A stretch of 20,878 nt of DNA from Zygophlyctis sp. KS116 (taxonomy: Eukaryota > Fungi > Chytridiomycota): NCBI GenBank assembly GCA_054661495.1, contig BAAFSQ010000174.1, positions 1-20,878 on the forward strand, written 5' to 3'. The notes under the pieces were generated by a model. It made no database searches, was not told the DNA's origin, and saw nothing but the letters and a program-made list of their open reading frames with translations. The position numbers were made by a program, and so were the translations under genes. Shown here piece by piece: positions 9,640 to 18,229 of this stretch (its first letter is position 1; each line of letters begins with the position of its first letter).

Positions 9640-10947
9640 ATGAATCTCAATGACCTTTCTGCCGCTTGTCCTGGAGTGGATTTCAAAGTCCCTTACAAGC
9701 ACAGTCATTCTTTCTCCATCGGTGACTATGTCGTCAAGTACTTGCAGAAGACCTTTGACATCATCAAGGCATCTCCTACAGTAGAGAACGAGGTCATCGT
9801 GGACTTTGTCAAGGCTGGAATTAAGGACCATCGCTTGCCTTATACTGAAAAATATTTGACTGAAAACCTCAAGTGCTCTTTATCGGAAGCCGAAGACTTT
9901 CTACTTTCTCAATCTGCTTTCTTTGCTGTCTCTTTTGAACCCCAGGAATACAAAAAATTGGGCCCACTTGATTTTACTTCCTTTGTTGTGGATGCTAATA
10001 CAAATCTTAGAAAAGGTGGTTATGGAATGGTTCAAAAAGTGTTTGAAGGCAACAAATCTTTCGCAAGAAAGACCATCAGTGACAATTATGACCTGGAAAA
10101 GATAATGATGGAAATTAAAATTCTTCGGCTGGCCACTGAGACTGGAAATCCTCATCTTCTGCACCTTCGATGTGCTTACAAACAAGAAAATCGCACTTGT
10201 CTTGTGATGAATCCTTGGTGCGAACTTGATTTAAGCGCCTTTCTAAAGAGCTCGAATGAAATTCCCTGGTGGACTCAACGCTCAAGTAAAGAAAAGCTGA
10301 TTCTCATCACTGACTGGATGGCATGTTTAGCTTCGGGTTTGTCCGCATTGCACAAAAAGAAAATCAAGCATCTAGATTTGAAACCCGAAAACGTGCTGCT
10401 GGATGACAACTTATTGCCAGTGATTTGTGATTTTGGTCTTTCCAAAAAATTTGAGAAGAATTCAAAGTCTGTTAATGTTCAAGGGACTCTTGCCTATTTT
10501 TCTCCGGAATCAGCAGAGGGAAAGAAAGTTGGAAGAAAGGGTGATATTTTTTCTCTAGGTCTGGTATTTATGGAGCTTACGCTATTTTTCTTTGGTCTAA
10601 AAAGGTTGAAAGAGGAGTTTGTCAGTGGATTTTACCTGGATATCACCAAAAACTTGACCATTTTCTTGGCGGAGAAATTCTCAAACATTAATAATTCTAT
10701 TTCTAAAGATTGGATTAAGCATTTTCAGAGTCTAATACAGACCATGTTGAATGGTGCTCCAGAAAATCGCCCCAAAGCATCAGAAGTTTGGGAAAAGTTG
10801 AAAGAAATGGTAGAATCTTTGGGAGCAAAACCTCATTGTGAGGAAGTCTCGCCTGTGGGGTCGATTCCATGTGAACCTGATGAAGCGGAGGACGATACAG
10901 AACTGAATTTCAGAGAAAACTTTGCTGAAAGTGTGGGTATGGACTAA
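9640..10947 (+). CDS. Ser/Thr protein kinase, non-RD
   Basis: RKGGYGMV glycine loop, FARK lysine, helix-C Glu (MMEIKIL), HLDLKPEN, DFG, YFSPE and DIFSLG. About 115 aa N-terminal extension, acidic tail, intronless. Confidence 0.93.
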   Translation: MNLNDLSAACPGVDFKVPYKHSHSFSIGDYVVKYLQKTFDIIKASPTVENEVIVDFVKAGIKDHRLPYTEKYLTENLKCSLSEAEDFLLSQSAFFAVSFEPQEYKKLGPLDFTSFVVDANTNLRKGGYGMVQKVFEGNKSFARKTISDNYDLEKIMMEIKILRLATETGNPHLLHLRCAYKQENRTCLVMNPWCELDLSAFLKSSNEIPWWTQRSSKEKLILITDWMACLASGLSALHKKKIKHLDLKPENVLLDDNLLPVICDFGLSKKFEKNSKSVNVQGTLAYFSPESAEGKKVGRKGDIFSLGLVFMELTLFFFGLKRLKEEFVSGFYLDITKNLTIFLAEKFSNINNSISKDWIKHFQSLIQTMLNGAPENRPKASEVWEKLKEMVESLGAKPHCEEVSPVGSIPCEPDEAEDDTELNFRENFAESVGMD

Positions 10948-10982
10948 TGGTGATAGAGATTTTTAGAAACTAGCTCTCTCTT

Positions 10983-11417
10983 GAAGATCACGATAGGAAT
11001 GCGTCGACAGAACTGATCAATGCTAAACCGTCTTTAGAAGAAAAATACCTGGATCAAGATAATGAGTGCAAGAAGAGTAAAGGTATATATTCAAGATTGA
11101 TGAATTTTAGGAAAAAGAGAACGAAAATGATTAATTTTACATTTTAAAAGCTTTTAGTTTGAAAATAATTACTTCTATTTTAACGATGATCATCAAATTA
11201 ATTTATAGATTCTGAGAATATATTTTGCGGAAATACTTTAGACTCCGCTTGACATTTTAGTTTTGATTATTGTAATTTGTGGCCCATGAAAAGTATCTTG
11301 TCAATTGACGGAATTCCAAATTTAGCTGATTATGCGGGAATATTAAGTTGCATTGTAAATTGACTGATTTAACTCTAGGAGCCGTCGTGTGCCACCATGA
11401 AAATTGGCGAAAGAGTT
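10983..11417 (+). repeat. Right copy of ~430 bp direct repeat (decayed DNAJC9 3' end + intact zinc-finger promoter/ATG)
   Basis: Aligns with 7290-7718. The DNAJC9-derived part has substitutions and a ~27 bp deletion. Confidence 0.95.
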
Positions 11418-12355
11418 GTAGATAATCATTCTGTTCCAAAGGTCGATAATAATAGGATATCAAATGATTCTGAGAATATTGACCCAGTTAAAACTATTTC
11501 TATATCAGCTGAAGCCATAAACACCAGAACCGGACATTTAAATTTCAGTCATTCAGCGTCAGTTTTTATTTTTCTAATTTGTAGTAAGGCTAGTCTGGTA
11601 TTTGATAGTATTTCTGGGCTACATTGTTATGCAGAAGAGATTTTACCTGCAGGATCTTTTGTACCTAGTTTTCGTATTCGTACAAAAGATGCTTGTTCCT
11701 TGATCGGACTTGATTTCAAAATCTCTTGTGCCTTGTCTTCTTTGGATCTATTACTTTGGGCAACTAGGGAAAATGAAAAGGATACATCAATGATCAAAGT
11801 CTTATCACAATTTTTAATTAGGGATAATGTCACATGTAATATTCAAAAGGACGATTGGTATTGTCTTAATCTTGACTCTATTTATCTTGAACATACCACA
11901 AGAGTGTTTATTGAAATCGTTAATACGAATGATAAAAATCCAATTTCAGAATTCGAAATTGAACAAATCATTTTTACACCTCAAAACTCAAGTCCTGTGA
12001 AAGTATTACAAAAGCGAATCTCTCAAAACACATCTCCTGAATCCTCTTTTACGTGTTCTTTTGATGGTTGTCACCGATCTTTTTCTAGAATGCAAAATCT
12101 AAAGTCACATGAAAAAATACATGTTCCAAATCGTAACAGATATTATGTATGCCATGTTTGCCAGGCTGGATTTACGCGATCTCAAGGTAATTTACTAATT
12201 TTAAAGTCATAGATCTTACCCGACACATCAATATCCATACTGGAACCAAGAACTTTAAATGTCCAGGTCCGGGATGTAGAAAGAGTTTTTCTAGAAAAGA
12301 CGCACTTCGTCGACACATTAGATCAGTAAAATGTTGTGATTTATCGAGTCTATAA
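11397..12355 (+). CDS. C2H2 zinc-finger transcription factor (3 C-terminal fingers)
   Basis: GCCACCATG start context. Fingers [38 protein letters not shown] (across intron 12187-12212) and [16 protein letters not shown]. Probable extra intron at 11558-11584. Confidence 0.88.
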
Positions 12356-12454
12356 AAAAAATTTTGGTTTTGTATACACTTGTCATTTCCTGTTTGCCAC
12401 TGAAAAACATTGTTCGGACACAGTTGCGCAAACCGCAAAAATTTCCTTTAAATT

Positions 12455-13731
12455 ATGCCAAGTTTTCTGATCCATTTTTCACAATCCCATGAGGAATTCA
12501 GACTTCCTGAACTGCATGCACTTTCCAAATTACATGGGATCCCTCTAAAGATTGGACTATATTCACTGGAAAGCCCATTCCTGATTGTGGAGATTAGATC
12601 AGTGCAAGAGGCAGAAATTCTAGTTTCAAGAGCAGTTCTCATAAAGGAAATTATTTTATTATTTGCATCGGCAGAATGTTTAGATAATTTATTGGATAAT
12701 GTCAAGACTTTAGATCCGAAATGTTTTGAACAAAATTCTAAATTCAAGTTTTCTATTGAAACGTTTGGATCTACAATCTCATTACAGGAACAGATCAGTC
12801 TCATTGATCGATTTAGCTTCTTGCCGCTTAATGGGGAAATTTCCCTAAAGGATCCTCAAGTTGTTTATTCAATAGTTTTAGACTATGGTTTACCAATTGT
12901 CGAAAAAAGTTCAAGTCCGCAAAATCTTTATTTTGGGAAATGGATTTGTAAAGGAGGAAGAGATGCAATTAATAGATTTGATTTAAAAAAAAGGAAATAT
13001 CTGGGAATTACTTCAATGGATGCAGAATTATCTTTAGTAATGGCAAATCAGGCTCTTATTAAACAAGATTCTCTAGTATTTGATCCTTTTGTAGGAACTG
13101 GTGGTTTTTTAGTCTCTGGAGCGCATTTTGGTGGTTTTACTATAGGTTCAGACATTGATGGAAGACAAATAAAGGGAAAAGAGGGAGTTGGGATAGAAGC
13201 AAATGTAGAACAATACTCTCTTCAAAAAAAGGTTTTAGGGAATGTTGTTTGTGATTTTGCGCATCATCCGTGGGTGGAAAATCGGGAGATTTGGGATGCA
13301 ATTATGTGTGATCCTCCGTATGGTGTAAGAGCAGGTGCAAAGAAAATAACTTTTAAAAGTGATCATAATGCTTTTAAAAAGAATGGGGATATGGTTTATC
13401 CTGAAATGGTGGCGTATGAAATGAATGATATTTTACAGGATTTAGTGGATTTTTCTGCAAAATATTTAGTTGTAGGTGGAAGATTAGTGTAGTAAGTTAA
13501 AAGAATTTAAGAAATAGTTGGTTACCGACAGATAGGTCTTATACTGATGATGATTTACCGTGCCATCCCTCTTTGAATGTTATCTCAAATTCTGAACAGA
13601 AATTTGGAAAGTGGTCACGGAGGTTAATCACAATGGAAAAGATTCAAAAGTATTACGATCATTCTCAAAAGAATTCTGGAAAAACTGGGCACTCACAGTT
13701 TAGAGAAAAATATTTTAACAGTTTTCGATAA
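12455..13731 (+). CDS. TRM11: tRNA (guanine(10)-N2)-methyltransferase
   Basis: HEEFRLPEL, LKKRKYLGITSMDAELSL, DPFVGTG, GSDIDGR and CDPPYGVRAG. Intron 13492-13517 restores GRLVYWLP...WSRRLITMEK...FREKYF. Confidence 0.95.
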
Positions 13732-13759
13732 ACGCAAAAGTTGATTTTATTAGGAGGAT

Positions 13760-15646
13760 TTAATAGAATTTTAGAAGAACACATTCTTTTATCCACCAAT
13801 ATTTGCTCGTTATAAAGTTTGAAAACATTGAAAATATTGAATCGTGAAGGGAGCTTGTAGTGCGCTCAAAGGGTTCTGATAAAATCCGCCCAATAGAAAA
13901 GGGAGAATATGATTCAGATATTAGCAGTTCACTCTGTAAGAGATTTACTTCCTTTACAGATAAATGAAGGGTTCGTAAAAGTCGATGACTGTTCAAAAAT
14001 GGGAAAAATTGGTTTTCAATCCAGTAATCTGTTATATCGAGCGAGTTTGTATTCCTGATAATCATTGTTTGTAATTGCATCCAATCGTTATATAATTCGC
14101 CAAAGAAATCCTTTGGAAGCGCAAAGCCTGTTAAGTGGAAATATTGAAGATTTGGAGATCGCTCTTTCATAATATTGAGTGTTTTGCCGTCAAACAATTG
14201 CTCTTCTCTAGTCAGTGCATCCAATGCCAAATTCTTAAGATTTGGTAGAGGTGACTGAAAAAAGAATTTCAGAAATTGCAAACACATTTGCTGAGCGTCC
14301 ATACTTATTCCCCTTATTTCAAGAGTTGCAAGATTTGGAAATTCAATAATTTGAGAGTAGTCTTTGCGCAAAGCCAAGACAGAGTAATTTATACATATAT
14401 GAACCAGGTTCGATGCGCTACTTTCAACCAATACCTTTGGGAATTTATATGGACTCCAAAGTATCAATGATTTTAGGTTGTGAAATTCTGGTATATGTGT
14501 ATGAGGAGACTCTGATATAGCATCGGTTTCATTTAACTGCTTTGAATGCCTTAATTCAATATTTTGAATTCGTTTTAGTTCTCTTGGTAATACAAATAAT
14601 GCGGGTGCATCACATCTAACCGATGTCAGATTCGGAAAAGATTTTAACAGCCTTGTAAAGTCCTGATGACCAATCTTTTCATTATTTATATCAAAAGCTT
14701 TAAATGATTTCATCAGCGGGAAAACAATTGACTCTGGAAAATTCAATGATACAGCATTCAAGTTTCCCATATTTTCAGGAACAGCCAATTCACATCCACT
14801 AAAATGAAGTGATTCTAACCAAGGAAGAGAAGTTAAAAGCAAGTAAAAAAGATCAATCCACTTTGTACTAAAATTGAAAATCTTGCATTGCCCAAATGAA
14901 ATGGTTTTTAGACTTGTTAATTCCTTACACAAGTCTAAAATTGCACCAATTGAAATAGAACAAAATCTTAATTTAAACGATGAAAGAGAGGGACAACCCT
15001 GTGATATAGCCTTGATTGCGTTTTCGGGGATACTAGCATACTCTAAGTCCATATATAATTCTTCTAAATTAGAGAATCTCGGACCTGCACTTAACCATTC
15101 AAAAAATTCTGGAATAAAGTCTCTATCCAAGTTTAAGAGCCTTAATTTCAATAAAGATCTATAAGATCTAAATTGAACATTTCTCTGCCATATACATGGA
15201 TTATGAATTTGTAGAACCTGTAGCAATGGTAGACAATTTAGAATTGTAATCAAGTTCCTAGTTGGAACAGATGCACTTGATTGATTATCTGCACTGGGTA
15301 GTATAATAAGCGTCTGCAGTTTCGGACAATGTCTTAAACTTGGAAGCAAATAGTTTGAATCAAACTCCAAAACCTTTATAGTTGGGCTTCCAGTAAACTC
15401 TTCTAGTGATTCAAAGTTTAGATTCTTTGATCTTAGTGTAAGAGCACTAGCACAGGGAAAGTATGAAACTACTTTTTGTAGATTATACTTTTTAGATTTA
15501 GAAAGCAAATGATCTAAATCTAGTACTTTGATATTCCTATGAGCAGCCTTCCATCTGGAACAAACCAATGGTATTAATGGAAGTACTGGATCACTTGTCA
15601 AGTATGTAAATATATGAGTTAGAAGCTCTGATGGTAGTTTTTCCAT
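13760..15646 (-). CDS. F-box / leucine-rich repeat protein
   Basis: N-terminal F-box LPSELLTHIFTYL...LVCSRW, followed by degenerate LRRs (CPKLQTL, CPSLSSF, FPNLTSV, LPNLKNL). Confidence 0.88.
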   Translation of the reverse strand: MEKLPSELLTHIFTYLTSDPVLPLIPLVCSRWKAAHRNIKVLDLDHLLSKSKKYNLQKVVSYFPCASALTLRSKNLNFESLEEFTGSPTIKVLEFDSNYLLPSLRHCPKLQTLIILPSADNQSSASVPTRNLITILNCLPLLQVLQIHNPCIWQRNVQFRSYRSLLKLRLLNLDRDFIPEFFEWLSAGPRFSNLEELYMDLEYASIPENAIKAISQGCPSLSSFKLRFCSISIGAILDLCKELTSLKTISFGQCKIFNFSTKWIDLFYLLLTSLPWLESLHFSGCELAVPENMGNLNAVSLNFPESIVFPLMKSFKAFDINNEKIGHQDFTRLLKSFPNLTSVRCDAPALFVLPRELKRIQNIELRHSKQLNETDAISESPHTHIPEFHNLKSLILWSPYKFPKVLVESSASNLVHICINYSVLALRKDYSQIIEFPNLATLEIRGISMDAQQMCLQFLKFFFQSPLPNLKNLALDALTREEQLFDGKTLNIMKERSPNLQYFHLTGFALPKDFFGELYNDWMQLQTMIIRNTNSLDITDYWIENQFFPFLNSHRLLRTLHLSVKEVNLLQSELLISESYSPFSIGRILSEPFERTTSSLHDSIFSMFSNFITSKYWWIKECVLLKFY

Positions 15647-16010
15647 TTCTCAATGTTTATGATCAGCCGATTTGGTTCCTACCAACGCCGTCTTCTTTTG
15701 GATCTGGATGGCGTCAATTACAAGCTATGGTTTGTTTTAAGAAAGAATTTTGAAACTCAAAGACTACAGTAAACATTAGATCACCAGACGCATGGACGAT
15801 TCATTAATCCTCAACTTTCATCTTGGAGATTACAAATAGCGATGATCATTGCCATTGAATAGATGCGGAATGTTTTTCCTGTTTATAAATAGATCAATCC
15901 ACCTTTTCCGGACAAATGTGAGCCGGATCGAATGGGTTCTAGACTTAATAAATAGTAAATTCAGTACAAAAACCATATTTATTTGCTTTATGAATTTTCA
16001 GACAGAGGAC

Positions 16011-16495
16011 TTAATCCTCTTTGAGCTCTTTTTTCTTCCCAATCTAAAACTGCTTTTTTGATGGCATCTTCTGCCAACACTAAAATTAAAAATAATTATA
16101 TACTAGAACAATGTAGTTTGACCGGAGGAAGAGATAATTCTTTTGCAATCTCTGTATTCTTTATAGCCTTTGCTTCCCAAATCTTTTTTCCCTTGATCTT
16201 TTCAGTCACTAGAGAAGAAGAAGCAATTGCTGATCCACAACCAAATGTTTTAAACTTAACATCAGAGATAACACCGGTCTCCTCATCAACCATAATCTGT
16301 AATTTCATTACATCTCCACATGCAGGTGCTCCAACTAAACCAGTTCCGACATTGGGATTATTCTTTGGTAATGATCCAACATTTCGAGGTCTTTCGTAAT
16401 GTTCTATAACCTATCGGTAAGAAGGCGATGAAACTTACAAGTGGATGGTATGCTCTTACTTGCCGCCAGAGTGAATTGAAAGAGATAAGTTTCAT
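16011..16495 (-). CDS. ISU1: Mitochondrial Fe-S cluster scaffold protein (IscU/Isu1)
   Basis: Presequence, then YHPLVIEHYERPRNVGS, GAPACGDVMKLQI, FKTFGCGSAIASSS and LPPVKLHCSMLAEDAIK. Introns 16411-16438 and 16080-16103. Confidence 0.97.
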
Positions 16496-16531
16496 AAGTT
16501 TTATCAAGCGCCTCAACTGTCAGTGGCGTTG

Positions 16532-17612
16532 ATGTTGTGGGTCGACACCGATGCAGGAATTGATGATTTTGTGTCATTATTGATGATCTCTTCAAGAAGA
16601 GACTCTATAAATATACTTGGAATTTCTCTAGTAGACGGTAATGTATCAATTGGAAAAGGAATTGAAGCGATGGCTTTTTTAAATGATTTAGTGGTTTCAG
16701 GGGACTTGAAGTGCAAAAATAGGACTAAAATTCCATTTTATGTTGGATCGCAAGGACCGATTATTAAGGATATTCATGTTAAATACAGGTTTTCTATAAT
16801 CATGTAAATTTAGATGGCCTGGACATGGAGAAGATGGACTTGGTGGAATTTCAAGTCTGGATGAATACAAGGTTCGGTTTATTGCAGTAATTCTTTTTTA
16901 TTTTTAAAAATTCTAGAGTTGTAAAAAATATCATCCGGAAAATGATCATGCAGTCAATGCATTATTAAAGGCGGTTAATGATAATCCAGGAAAAGTTACT
17001 ATTCTTGCTCTAGGTCCTCTAACAAATATTGCGCTTGCAATAAGTCTAGATGATAATTTCTTGACAAAAGTTGATCGTATTATTGTAATGGGAGGATCAC
17101 TTTCGGCTCAAGGAAATACAAATAGAGCTGCAGAATTTAATTTTCATTATGATCCTGAAGCTGCTCACATTTTATTTCAAGGAGTTTCACAATTATCAAG
17201 ACTGATTTTACATGTTGTACCTTGGGAAACATGTTTAAATGCTTCTCTAGATTGGGATTTCTTAAAATCTCAAAATTCTCAAAATCTTTATCGAATACTA
17301 GAAAATATTACAAATTTAGCCAAACGTTTACGTGTTTCAAGACCAAATATCTCTCAAAATTCAATTGATGAATATTTTGTTAAATTCAATGGATTCTTTT
17401 TACCAGATGTTTGTGCAACTCTGGTTTTTCTAGATCCAAATAGTATTCTAGAATCTAAAAATCTAGAATTAGCAGTTGAACTTAATGGAACTCATTCTAG
17501 AGGTGGACTATATGCAGATTGGATTGATGAAAACAAGATTTCAAATTGTCTAGTAATTCTAAAAATTGATATAGAGTCTTTAAAATCACTAATAAAACAA
17601 GTATTTTTTTAA
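16532..17612 (+). CDS. Inosine/uridine-preferring nucleoside hydrolase
   Basis: DTDAGIDD, GNV, HGEDGLG, ALGPLTNIALA, MGG and AEFNFHYDPEAA. Introns 16789-16813 and one ending at 16916 (donor 16872 or 16887). Confidence 0.92.
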
Positions 17613-18139
17613 CAGTTTTTAGCTGGAATCAGAATTTCATTTTTCCTAAAGTAATGAATTGTCCATGGCGGATTATAGATTGCTAGTATATAATTTCCTT
17701 CAATTTCCACGGAATTTTGTTGAGCAATTTCTCTCAACTCTTGTAATTTTGACTGAACCAAATCTTCTGATCTTGGATTTCCATTAAAAGTAATAACTAG
17801 AAAATCCTGTTCTGGAATTTCCAATATTTCAACATTTGAATCATTTGGTTTTGGCAATTGATCCATTTTTAAACAACTCGGTAATACAAAATCCATTGTT
17901 TGCTCTGATTGAACCATTGTTTCCAATACTGGAGCGGTCATTGAAATATATTTAGATTGATCATTCCCTCCAAAGATGTATCTTGCAAGCGGTCTAAATC
18001 CATAACCTCTCGGACTTTCTATGCTATTAGTAGATCTAATCCTGATCTGAGGAGCATATCGCCGCAATTGAGCAGATTCGATTGTTTTCAAGAGAGTAAA
18101 TTTAGGAGTTTCTTCAGTTATCCATCCGAATAGAGACAT
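17609..18139 (-). CDS. SOUL/HBP heme-binding protein
   Basis: EETPKF..LRRYAP, GFRPLARYIFGGN, ISMTAPV, LPKPNDSNV and YNPPWT..FRKNEI. Confidence 0.92.
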   Translation of the reverse strand: MSLFGWITEETPKFTLLKTIESAQLRRYAPQIRIRSTNSIESPRGYGFRPLARYIFGGNDQSKYISMTAPVLETMVQSEQTMDFVLPSCLKMDQLPKPNDSNVEILEIPEQDFLVITFNGNPRSEDLVQSKLQELREIAQQNSVEIEGNYILAIYNPPWTIHYFRKNEILIPAKNC

Positions 18140-18229
18140 TTTATAACTTGTACTTTAGTATCAGTGCAACTACAATACAATTTAGTTCTAGTCCAAGGTT
18201 TGACCGACGGCTCAAAACGTCCCATAGTC

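Larger units (their letters stand above)
7719..10982. mobile_element. Inserted accessory cassette (CRN-type nuclease + non-RD kinase) flanked by long direct repeats
   Basis: Collapsing the two repeats restores a simple DNAJC9 - zinc-finger neighbourhood. The cargo genes are intronless and there are internal repeats. No transposase or recombinase is seen, so mobility is inferred. Confidence 0.6.

Noticed and set aside
8956-9686. Short ORFs between CRN and kinase (8956-9138, 9313-9558, 9480-9686)
   Set aside because: No motifs; they overlap repeats and hairpins. A small antidote peptide cannot be fully excluded.
7290-11417. LTR retrotransposon interpretation of the direct repeats
   Set aside because: The repeats are host gene sequence, lack TG...CA ends, and no gag/pol is present.
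15860-15980. snR30/U17 candidate (AAACCAT)
   Set aside because: No proper m1 motif or ACA box.
11257-16716. Antisense or nested short ORFs over the zinc-finger, TRM11, F-box, ISU1 and hydrolase genes
   Set aside because: Shadows of well-supported genes.
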